From: Ruditapes philippinarum | Taxonomy: Eukaryota | Length of the DNA: 64,000 bases | Direction: 5' to 3' | Assembly (NCBI RefSeq): GCF_026571515.1 | Contig: NW_026864466.1 | Coordinates: 1-64,000, forward strand | Shown here: positions 40,148 through 52,492 of the stretch, in pieces | Layout: each line of letters begins with the position of its first letter | How positions within the stretch are numbered: position 1 is the first letter of the stretch | Program-made: the position numbers and the translations under genes | The notes under the pieces: model-generated | What the model saw: only the letters and a program-made list of their open reading frames with translations | The model's database searches: none | What the model was told of the DNA's origin: nothing

Positions 40148-43100
40148 ATGGGCTCTTGTTGTTCTAAAACAGATAACGGTGATAGTAATGCTAACAATCC
40201 ATCTCCTACCAGCAAACACAACAATCGGGAAAATCATGGAAAGTCGGCAAAGAAATATGAACATGCACCACCCCAGGATGTACGGTAGGAAACAAAATCA
40301 TTCAGTCATTATTCAATTAAAATTTATAGTTTTGCATTTGATACAGAGGTAACTGGGGACTTATTAAATGAAATGTATCTCATTAAATGCTATAAGTAAA
40401 TTTCAAATGTTATAAAAGAAAAATAGAATGTCATAAATTTAAAACTAGAAGTTATTGTTTATGTTTAACTATAAATTGTACATAGAATATAACACCTGAT
40501 ATGTTAATGGTTTCCTTTTAATTGATAACATTATTTACTTATATGAATTTATTTACTTTAATAGGAGGAGTTCATCTATGCAATCATATATTTTTAGAAA
40601 TAACATTTAACTTAATTCATAGCCATTTACAAATACTTTTCTTAAGAAACATTTCATATTTTAAATATTTAACTTTGCAGTTAATTGTTCAATCTGATCA
40701 AAGATTGCCATAATAGTTTTATTTCAGCAAAGAGCTTTGAAAATTACAATCTTTAAAATGTAAGAGTTTAAGAAAACCCCTTAGCTTGAAGAAACCATAC
40801 AAGGAAAAGCTTTCACGCTTACAATAGCAGATCTGTTTAAAATTTGTCAAATCGAAGAACCTTGATAAGTAAGCTAACTTCAAAGACAGTTTTATTCTAA
40901 AAATTTAACATTTTTACTAAGAAAAGACTACAAAAAAACTTTTACTGTGTCTTTTAGTTTTATTTAAACATTTTTGACACAACCTTTCTCTTGTAACTTA
41001 ATATCTTATTTTAAATCGTATGAGCCCGAACGTAAATTAAACATTCAACTGGAAGTATGTGAATTAAATCTTTATTCACCACATGTATTACTATTTTAAT
41101 TTAGAGACCATGGACATGGAAAAAAGGACAACAAACCTTATCACCATCATTCCAGAGATATTCAAAGACATACAGATGAAAAGAACGTCATGGAAAATAA
41201 GTTAGAACTGTCATTTCTAAATACGATTTGTATCTCTTGTCAATCAAGCATAAATCTAGGCAGTCAATTGTACAATCTTATTACAGTTTGTCAGAATAGT
41301 TTTTATTTCATCACAGAACTTTGAAAATTACCATCTTAAAATTGTAAGATTTTAAAAAATGCCTTGAAGAAACCATACAAGGAACCGCTTTCGTGCTTAT
41401 AATAGCAGATAGGTTTAAAGTTTGTCTAATCAATGAAGCTTGATAACCCATGCAAACTTCAAGGACAGCTTTAAAATTGTCCTAAAAAACTCTCACAAAT
41501 ATGACGTTCACTGGGTTTTTAGTTTTATTTGAACATTTTTGACACGACCTTTCTCTTGCGTGATGATCTAATATCTAATTTTAAATACTATGAACCCGAG
41601 CTAGAATTAAAAATAAGAATCAAATCTTTATACAGCACTTGTACATGTATTACTTTTTCAATTCAGAGACCGTAGACATGGAAAAAGAAAAGAAGTAAAA
41701 AATAAACGCAGACAATCTAAGGACCATCTTTCCGGTGAAATTCAAAGGCTTACCAATGTACAGAACGACATGGAAAATCAGTTAGAATTGTTATTTGTTT
41801 TTTATAAAGTTTTAACCCATTGTTTATCAAGCATTAGCTACATTTATAACTGGCTTGGTATATTTTTAAGAATACAACTCTAATTTACTAGTAATTAATT
41901 TTATACACTGTAAAGTTTTTCTGTAAACTGACGCATTATAAGCATTGTTTGATGCCTTACAGATAAGAAGAGGACGCCAAGCCAAAAAACTCCGTCGGAC
42001 GGAACTTTATGTTGCATTGTATTCTACAAGAAATATATAGTCTATGAAATATATATTCATAATTTGATATTTAACGTTTACCATTGGTGTTTCAAATTTT
42101 CCAGTTCTTGCTTTTCAACATATTCGGATCAGAGACTCACTTTCAGTACAACCATCTTTTCGATATAATACATTTTCTCATTTCAACATAAAACATGTAG
42201 TAGAATATATAAGTATACACAATATTTATTACCATATTTACAGTCAGGTATCTAAAATAAGAAATATTTTTCTTTTCTTTCACAGTTACAAAAGGGAGCT
42301 ACAAGACAAAACAAGTGAAACAGCACAACTTCAAGAACGTCTGAAAAATATTCAACAGGATAACTATAGAAGAGAAAAAGAAAGGGAAGAGATGTAAGAC
42401 TTATTAAATTTTGTTTTTTATCTATTGTTGTTATTTAAAAGTACCTAGCTAAATGTAAGCCTTAAGTTTTTTTTGCAGTTACAAGAAGGAGTTACAAAGC
42501 AAATCAAATCAAATATCACAAATAAAAGAACAAATGAAAAATATTGAAAAAGACCAACATGAAAAGGAAAAAGAGCGGAGAAAGAGGTAAGAAAATAATG
42601 TTTTATATTTTCTATCTGATAAATATCTCCGCATCAAAATGTAACAGACATGTATTATGTTTTAGGATAAGATAGATGCTCATACAACAAAGAATAAAGA
42701 TAATGCTCCTTATCAAATTATAAGAATACCTTTAGTATCTATTTAGCATAAAAATAAATTTTACAGTTTTCTACGGTATTCCGTGAGGGTTAGCCCATCG
42801 TTCTGTTGCGATTTATCATCGTACTGTCGCCTTCTTTCAACGTTTTGTTCCAAGTAATTATTTCATAATGTACATGCTTAAGGCCGGATATAGTAAGATA
42901 GTGACAATACGTAAGGACGATGGTCACAACACGAGAGTACGATGGCAGTATGATGGTAACAGTACGACAATGCGAAGGTGACAGTATGATGGGGACTGTA
43001 CGATAGACATTAATTCAGTACAATAGACTATCATCGTTTTATGTCGTGCTTCTCCACCGTACTTTTGAACTGTCGTATTGTCACACTCGTACTATCGTGT

Positions 43101-46100
43101 TTACTCTTTTCGCAACTGTAGTTTCGTGATATCATGATCGTACTGCCTTATTGTCCATATTGTACTGTCGTGTTTCGCGCTATCTGTTCTAAAATATTGA
43201 TAACAATAGTGTGCATAATTAAATGAAAGCCGCTGTAAAATTATCACTATAATATAACTTACTGAAATCCATTTTGTTTTATACAGATATCAAATGACAC
43301 TTGATTCTTTAGAGGTTAAAAACGATTCTCTTCGGAACGAACTGGAAAGGACAAAACAAGAAAAGAACGATCTCCTTACAAGGTAACTAGCCGTTATAAT
43401 AGTAATATTATGTACTTCATCGAGAACATATAATTATTAAGAAGAATAGAAAACAGTGTCATCAGATGATATATCACATTGTGCAGGTGTTTTCTTACTT
43501 TTTTTACATTTATAATCCAAATATATTGTACCATAAGTAGTTTGAATTGGATAACAATCACATTTGTCGTTATAGAATTTGACAGTCACTGTAATGAAAT
43601 GATATATTAGATTAAAACAGCATAAGATATATAACGATGTTTGTTTCACTTACATAACTGCGTATTTAAAGATAATACAATGTTTGTATATACATCTAAG
43701 CTGTTTTCATAAAGACACTATATTTCTTACTGCACAGGTAATGAGAGACGTATAAACAAAGTACTGAATGCCAAATATTAAATCTAAAGTTAATATTCGT
43801 ATGTTTACATCAAGTTCTAAACGTCGGCAAGTCTTTTCGCATTGTAGCTATTATATTAGATTTTCAGATAAAGCAATTTAAGACAAACCAATCAAATCAG
43901 CCGTTACAGAGAATCATCCAACAAATAAAAACAACATCATCATTACAGTAAGACATGTGATTAAGTCAGCATCTAAAACGCTGATTTAAGTGTATAGTCT
44001 CTTCGGAACACTTCGGGACTTTTTTCATATTTTAGCGTTGATTCACGTTTATATAAAAATACAAGAGTGCCACCACTTAACCCATAATACCAAATAACAT
44101 GCAAGTACCTGTCTCCTAAAAGTTATAAACAAAAATTGATAAAATGCCAATATCGCGATAGTTGCCACTGATTGTCCTTTTTGAAAGTCACGAGAAGCCT
44201 ACCCCAACCGTTGTCGGTCAGATCCTTTTATTTAAGCGGTTTTTAAGAGCTGCTTTTAATCAAATTGTGAAAATTTGTAAGTAAATGTCACGGTTGTGTG
44301 AGTCTGTAAGAACAGTTTATACTTTAATTTTGATTTAATGAATTTCTTTAAGATTCAGCGCATTAGCGGCAAACAAATTGACCGACGGAAATGCAAATAT
44401 TGCCGACCTGAGCGATGAAAATCGACCAACCAAACTTTCTGAGAAATATTCAGAACTTTACGATAATCAATGGACAGATGCATTCACTTACCTTAGTTCG
44501 ATTAAGGAAAGGGGAGAGGAGGAACTTTGTTCTATACTAGTGAATGCATTTTGTGTAAGTATTGAATGTGTGGAGGGGTTAGTAGAGGAAGTGCATTTCA
44601 TTCTGACCTGTTTTTTATATATACAGTAGTTATGACTATACGTCATCATAGACGATTTAAAATATACAAGCGTACGAGGTGTAGCACTTTCTTGCCGGAT
44701 GGAGCTCTAGATTGCATTAAATATACTTATTTTTCCGGCAAAATGCCACCTAAAATCAGTTTGACTTCCTGTAAAATTTACAGTGAAGAACTGAATATAA
44801 GAATATATTTCATTGGTCAATTTAAAATTACAAAATGAAATCTGAGAATCTTATTGGCCATTATATATTAAAATGTTAAGACTAGTTCACACATAAAATG
44901 TAAAGGATAGTCATTTTACTTTACAGCTTAATTAGATATGCTAATTTTGTTTATAATAATCATACTTCCAAAAAACATTTTGCACTGCGTTTAGATTTCA
45001 ATATATTTTCCATCCGTTTCTTTGCCGTTGTCGTCCTAAAATGATTAACACTGGCCCGACTGAATATGACCAGGACTCACCTTCAGGGTCAAATGTTTGA
45101 ATTTTGCTTTACATTGAATTGTCTTTATACATGGTGACATTGACCTTGATCGCTTGATTTTCGATATAACTGTTTCGATATAACTAATTTTGTTATGTAG
45201 GAATTGGGTGTATTTAGACTTGAGCACAACTACTTAAAGAAAATTTTACAAGATCAAACTTAATGTGACATTGACAACAACTTATTTTGACATTGAAGTT
45301 CCATTTAGTGTAATATTACAGTTTCTTGCTATATTTGGCTATACATTGGCAATCAATAAATGCGTTGTCTTCATATACACTTGAATGTGCAAAATAATTC
45401 CTGTGACAAAACAGTAAAGAAGATTCAATTGAACTTGACCTTGACATAAACCCTAAAGGTCAAAGTAGTAAATTTCGGCCGTCACCTTGTTATTAAATTG
45501 TATGTATAGATTTAATTTATACTTAGAAAATAGACCACTTATGACATAACTGACATGCAATTCATTAAAAATGACGTTGACCTATACATGACATTGACTG
45601 CCAAGATCAAATTTTGAATTTAGTTAGAACAACCATTATTGATTTTTAACTTGAACAAAATGACCCATATATTGAATAATTTAAATATGACCTTGAGCTA
45701 TATTTGACTAAGGCCGTCAATGTGACATAATTGCAATTTGCTTAATTTGTTATAAGTTTGATGTTTATTTACTAATTTGATTCATAATTTGACCAAACAG
45801 CATAGTTTAGAAATCAAAGATGCTGAATATCCCTGATAATACCTTGACCTATAATTAACATTGGCCGCAGGGGTCAGATATTTGAATTTGTTAAGTTGTC
45901 AAATATTTTGTTATTTATTTAGAGATTTGCTTTATATTTGGACAATAGAACCCATATGACAAAACGAATTAGTTGAATTATTCTGATATGTTTTTAACCT
46001 TTAACTGACATTTGCCGACAAGGTCTTATTACTGGAATGTGCTTAAATTGACTTTTGGTATTTCTTTTTTGGCTTGATTCATTCTTAGACAAAAATATAT

Positions 46101-48291
46101 AATTATAACAAAACTTACATTCTAGGTAATTCAAATGTTTTCGTTACCTTTGAATTGAATACTCTTGATGATTAAGGTCAAATGTGTAAATATAAGATTT
46201 GAATTCCATTATAATTTTTCAAAATTAAATTATTATGTATTCATTAAGTACTCTTTCCTACAATCTCCCTCTAATGTGTTTGACTTTTTGAGAATAAGAA
46301 AAAGTGGAACGTAGCCTCCGCTAGGCAGTATTTTTCTAAACAATTACATAAAATGTATGTCATTATGATAATGAATATCTTCTCGATTTTAATAGTTTAT
46401 GATTTGTTTTCATTTATATTTGCAGGTAATATATTTAACATGTAGAAAGAAAGCTGATGCTGACTTAAAAGCTTTTATCTCTGCTATTGATGAACTATAT
46501 GAGGTAATCTTATTCATTAGTAAAAACTCGTATATAAGTGTAATTTTGTTTTGATTCCACTTTAACTGCTGGAGTAGACCTCAGGTTCCCTTTGCATATT
46601 ATTTATAAGGCACAAACGGGCACCTGAATAGAACCACCTACGTTCCGTTAACTAGTTCGATAGCATTTTCATTTGACAAAAATCGAAAACCCTGGCGACA
46701 TTAACTACTCGGTCACGGATGCCCCATATGCCATGTACTATTTAGTATTTACACGCTATCATTAGTATTTATACATTGAGTTTTCATAGAACATTGTCAG
46801 AAAGAATATAAATTTTATAAATACATTATTATAATATTGTTATTAGTGTTTCATCAAAATATAGATACAGAGGAGTTGTAATGCATATGATAGGGGTGAA
46901 TATAGTTTTAATAACATGTTCTTATTAATCACGTTATATCAATGATTTTGCCTCCAGTCCGCCGACCTTGCAAGAGAAATGATCAAGACTGCAAAAGATA
47001 GAAGGAAAAAAAGACCCAGAATGAAGGTTGGAGAAATCAAACAGGTAAGTCAAATTCTAGAAATCAGATAAATATTCTACATTTATCTTTATATATTTTT
47101 TTTAGAGAATCGTATAATATGATATATAAAAAGAATCATCTTGATTTCAAGTAAGTAAAATATTGTGATATTCAAATGCCTAAAATATCTGTCATATAAA
47201 TAAATTGTCATTGAATTACATAGCTAGCAACGTGATAAAATACAAGTAATGTAACACTTATTCTAAATAATGACGGTATGTGCCTTTAAACACGTTTTTA
47301 AGATACTGATTTGGTGAATTGATGATTGATTGAATTAATGTTTGCATTCCATTTCTAGTTATACACTTCTGAAATGCAACAAGTTATACCTTCCGAAGAA
47401 CAGAAAGGAATCGAATCATTCCTTGATAAAAGCATCGAACTGTGCTGGCTGATGGCAATTCAAGACCCCCCATTATATGTAGACACAAATTTGTCACTAA
47501 GGGGCAAACCTTTCGAAACAAATTTGTTTAAACCGTATACGGTACAGGGCAAATATGTTGACTTTATAGTCTGGCCTGCATTGTATCTTCATGAAGGAGG
47601 GAGCTTATTGAATAAAGGAGTTGCTCAAGGAAAGAAACAGAAACATGAAACGCAAAGCCAGCTCTTTGATTATGTAGAAAATCTTCGAAGCCAAGTGAAC
47701 CGCTTATCTCTTACACCCAAGTCCTCATCAAAACCAGATACAAAATACACCAATTACACTGTAAATGAAAGAGTTGCAACAAAATATTTACAACCAGAAT
47801 CAGATACAAACGGGATACATACAGAAACATCCGCTGGAAATGCTGCATCTATTATTAAACCTGCAAAAGGTGAACCTAAAAATGAAAAATCTGCTTCAGA
47901 TAATACCAACCCTGCATCAGATTCAACCAAAAAATTAACAGAGGCATCCGCTGAATCTGTTTTACAAAGAATGGAAACGAGTACATCTTCTGAAACTCAT
48001 GCGCCCAAATCAAAACAAACAGGAATGTCCGCTAGAAGGGTTTCATCATTCACCAATATCAAATCAAATGCTGTTCAAGAAAAACAAGATTCTGAAAGTT
48101 CAACAATGTCATCACAGAAATTAATGGCAAAAAGTAATTATGAATCTGGTAGAAAATCAAGCTCATTCTCAACAGATGATAAATCGGACAGAATGAAATT
48201 ATCGGAATGGCAATCTCACCAACAATCAGGAAGTAAACAACAACCGGCTGGAAAATATAAATCAGTAACTGTTAATAATTCAAAGATGTAA
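40148..48291 (+). CDS. MIEAP/SPATA18-like domain protein, paralogue C (~652 aa, intact)
   Basis: Exons 40148-40284, 41105-41200, 41667-41780, 42286-42393, 42479-42586, 43287-43382, 44353-44554, 46426-46503, 46958-47044, 47359-48291 join in frame (1959 nt). N-terminus MGSCCSK; core NANIADLSDENRPTKLSEKYSELYDNQWTDAF; CWLMAIQDPP...IVWPALYLHEGGSLLNKGVAQ. A probable 5'UTR intron runs 39429-40064 (cag|gtaaga ... tttacag). Confidence 0.88.
40710..41835 (+). repeat. Tandem duplication (~585-bp unit) containing exons 2 and 3 of gene C
   Basis: Intron sequence 'ctttgaaaattac..ccttgaagaaaccatacaagga' and exon start 'ag|agacc...catggaaaaa' both recur; both exons end MEN.|gttaga. Confidence 0.85.
45000..46335. 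repeat. Degenerate satellite-like/HINE-type intronic repeat (TGACCTT / AAGGTCA motifs)
   Basis: Recurrent 'tgacattgacc', 'tgaccttga' and 'aaggtcaaa' motifs; ends near the small hairpin 'tagcctccgctaggc'. Confidence 0.45.
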
Positions 48292-51075
48292 ATGAAATTG
48301 CTAACACAAATCATTAAATGTATGAATAATACTCATGTTTTTTTCTTCACTTCTGAAATGAAGAAAGCATCTACTTCATAGATACTAAGTATAAGTCATT
48401 CTTCAAGCCGTTGATGAGCATATACATGCATAATTTTAAACAGGATTTTGAGAAAATTTGTTTATTAGCTTATTACATAACAGGGACCAAAATTAAAATG
48501 TCTTATCATGATACATTTGTACATTGGACTTATTCTTTCATATAATCAAGAATGTGTATTGTGTTTTAACTAGCTGATGGATAAAATGTGACATACATAT
48601 ACAATCGATATCCAATGAAGCAGTTCTTACTTTGTGTCAAATAATTATGATGCTTTGTATAATCATTATTACAGTTACTGACCTTGTTAACCATCTCCTT
48701 AGTTTACTATTCATTTTTTTAATACAGTATATCTAATAAAATTTGTAATGTTCCATATATTATATTTTCGTTGTTTTTTGTGGGTTTTTCTTTTCGTTGT
48801 TTTATTCTGTGTTGTTGTTGTTGTTGTTTTGTTTCCTGTTATTCGTTTTCTCTGTATAATACGCATATCGTGCATTATGAATTTAAAGCAGCTGATCTCC
48901 AGAAGATAACAGAAAAACAAACCGTTTTACAAATATTTCAAAATCTCTCTTTAAAAGCATTATTATAATAATCAGAAATCGAAATGACACTTCAAAATGT
49001 TCATATTTTATCATTTATTTTCCTGAAAATAAACAGTTCTCTATTATGTCAATGGGAAATACCTTCATTTATTATACTACGAATTCTTTCATCAAGGTTC
49101 TTTTCTAGTACCTCGTGAGTGTACGGGACAATATCGCGACCTGTGGTCCGGAATGCGCGGAATCCGGGAAGATATAAAACTTAAAGGGAAACAACACTGT
49201 TTTGGTTTGATAGTTTTAGTAATTTGTGGTATAAAACACTATAAATAATTGATTATATTTGATGATCAATTTATCTATTTAAACTTATCCTTGAAATAAC
49301 ATAGCCTACTCAATGACGAAAATTTATATACAATCCCGGCATATCGGATACCGGGATTTTTCCTGATTCACTGTGTGACACGTGACCATGTTTAATGAGT
49401 TATCTTCTCTCTATTCATATTATCTACATCGTTAGTAAAGTGGTAGATTATGCAAAAGAAAGACATGATACATTGACTCTTTTGTGAACATTCTTTTTTG
49501 AATTAAGATGTCAGTCATAGCGAATTTACACATTTACCATTTATTAGTAATCTGATTTTTGTTTTCATTTTACCATCTGGAGGTCAGTGGCTTTAACATA
49601 TTTTTATGTAAAGTTTATCATTTTATTTTGTATCTTAAGAACTGTAAATAAAAAGTGTATCTAGATCAATAGTTCCTTTTTTATTTGCCTATGAATGCAT
49701 GCAGATTTTAACAACAGAATGATGTACTGGTGATATTATGTTTATATTAGTGGTAAATGGTGGTCTTATTTGTGAAGATTCGAGGACATTGCATGCAACG
49801 AAATTTACAATGATGTATTTCTTGTCAACACAGACAACGAGTTAAAATTGCATCTGAATTAAAACAAAAACAAACCCAGGGTAAAATTACAGTGTAGGAA
49901 TGACTGTTATTTATTTGAATTCCCGATATTTTTATATTCATGTAACAATGAATACTACTTACTGTGTTTCTTATTGCGCCGAAAAAGGAAATATCATTTT
50001 GACTTACAGCGTGTGTTACAAACTTTATACTTAAAGCAGGGTCGAAACCCTATCATCTGTTGGGACTAAGACATCCATAGACTCTAATTATTAGAACCCA
50101 TTCAATCGTCTCTTACAATCACGCAGGGCTTAAGACCCTGATCAATAAAAACAGGGTATGATGGGTCTTTTCTTTGAATTTGATAAACAGATCCCAAACA
50201 AATGCTTGCAGCACCATTGTCAATTTGTGGTTTTGTCATAACTTCAGAAGCCTTAACTTGATACCTTTTAAGTCAGATGTAATGAATTAAGTTCTGTACT
50301 TATTAATTCGCAACGCAATAAGGGGAAAGTAATTATTACTTACTATATAATCTCATAATCATAAAGTCTTGATATCATTACTAAACAATAAAAGGTTTAA
50401 AATGTTCATTTTATAAAAGTTTTTTTTATCTGTACATGATAAAATGAACACAATTTAACATCATTATCTGAAGTATAAATTCGATGTACATACAAAATGG
50501 TTGGTCCCAAAGTTATACCAACATTATCCAGTATAACATTATCTAGGATCTATCCCTAAAGGTTTTTCGTACATGTATTGACTTAATGGTAACATAATTA
50601 GTTACTTGTGGATTTTAGAACTTCTAAGATAAAATTAACGAAGTCAGCATTATAAAATTCATATATTGTAAAAGCACCCGCTTAATCTTAATTACAAAGG
50701 AAAGAAAGAAAAATACAAATTAATCAGAAAAATACAATATTATAATGAAACAAATATCAATTTTGAAATCATTCGCATCGATTATTGAGCCGAAGTTATG
50801 AATAACCATGACCTGAATTATAGACGACTTAGAAGGGGGAAAGGTAAGACATACTTATTTAAGATAAAGTTTATAATTAATATGCCCTTGTACTACAACA
50901 TGTACATATTCATTGATATATATGTACCATTAAGATAAATTCAGGTGTGAAGACGATTTAAAATTGCTTCAATTTAAACAAACACAAATAGCATGAATAG
51001 TTATGCTTTTTAAAGGTGTGGTTTCACTAATTGAAAACATATAGATATTATAATAAATGCATTTTGTAAACAATT

Positions 51076-52158
51076 TACTGTAACCCAATTTATATTCGCG
51101 AATACAAATTTTCGCGTTTTGCCGAGGTCGGACATATTCGCGAATATTAATTTCCGCGTTTTCTTGATTTCCGAAAAAAAATATTCGCGGATTGGAAAGT
51201 CCGATGGGGGCGTAAAATCCATTAGCCGACTATTAATCTTCAATAATTGAGGTCATTATTGGTGTCTTAAATGAAATTAACAATACGCTAGCCTTATATT
51301 GTATTGGTACACAATTCAGCAAAACATTTTCTCTATATATGTACATGTACGCATCGTTCGTCTTCATTTCTAAACATGTCGTTAAAAGGGTGGTTGATAA
51401 AAAATAAACCCTCAGAATGCACTCAGTTTGACGGGTAAAAATCGATACTAGTATGAAACCATCTTGTATTTCACTGTTTGTACACCCAATTCCCTTTTGT
51501 GATGCTCGATAGGTTTATACCACCTTTGTCTTAACAATTCACTCAAACAATTATTTTATAGGATCCAAAAAACAATAGCCTTTTGTGATGCTCGATAGGT
51601 TTATACCACATTTGTCTTAACAATTCACTCAAACAATTATTTTATAGGATCCAAAAAACAATAGCCTTTTGTGATGCTCGATAGTTTTCCCACTTTTGTC
51701 AAACGATTTGTATGCATATACTTAGTATAGAAGTGTAAATATGAAGAAACTTAAAACTGACACATGCTCCGTATAGTACCCTATACGGAACGTGATTGAC
51801 AATAGGCCTACTAATACGTATTTCATAAACTGTATTCAAATGTGGATGTTTATTTTGATTGCTATATTGACATAGAGTTCTTTTGATATTGATAAAATAG
51901 TAGCAGTTCACTTAGTTAGTGTTTTTATTGCTTTATGGCAATATTCATAACAATTCATTACTTCCTAACAGGTGCCCGTGAAATTCGAATATATCCGGTC
52001 AAATATCTTTGCATGAACAACGTCTAAAATAAAAATTTCTCTCCAATTTATTCGCGAAATCGTGCGGACTTATTCGCGCAAACAAATATTTGCGCTTCGT
52101 GGCCATCCGCGAATAAAGCGAATATTAATTGGTCGCGAATATTCGTTGGGTTACAGTA
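51076..52158. mobile_element. TA-flanked MITE with TCGCG-rich subterminal repeats, just upstream of gene D
   Basis: TIR TACTGTAACCCAA...TTGGGTTACAGTA with many ATTCGCG / CGCGAAT motifs near both ends; an internal ~2.4 x 86-bp tandem repeat at 51493-51700. Confidence 0.82.
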
Positions 52159-52492
52159 ATTGATTTCATGAAATTGTTTCCCTTTATCAGGTAAATGAAT
52201 ATAATTTGAGTCTTAACCTAAATGTATAATTTAGCGACGGGTTGTTTACGTTAAAAGCCTTGTCGGTCGAATGATTAATTATCTTCCGGGTTGGTTGGGT
52301 ATTTTGTAATTTATGCTTTCATATATCGATATTGGAATATGTCACATGTAAATAGTAGATTGTGTACGGATAAAAACACAGTGGATAGAAAAAATTGCCG
52401 TTCAATTTCGATTTTGATTTGACTAGTGTAGAAACTTATGTTATTCGTTTTATTTCATTTTCGATTTAGACATATAAATTTAAAACGAGGCT

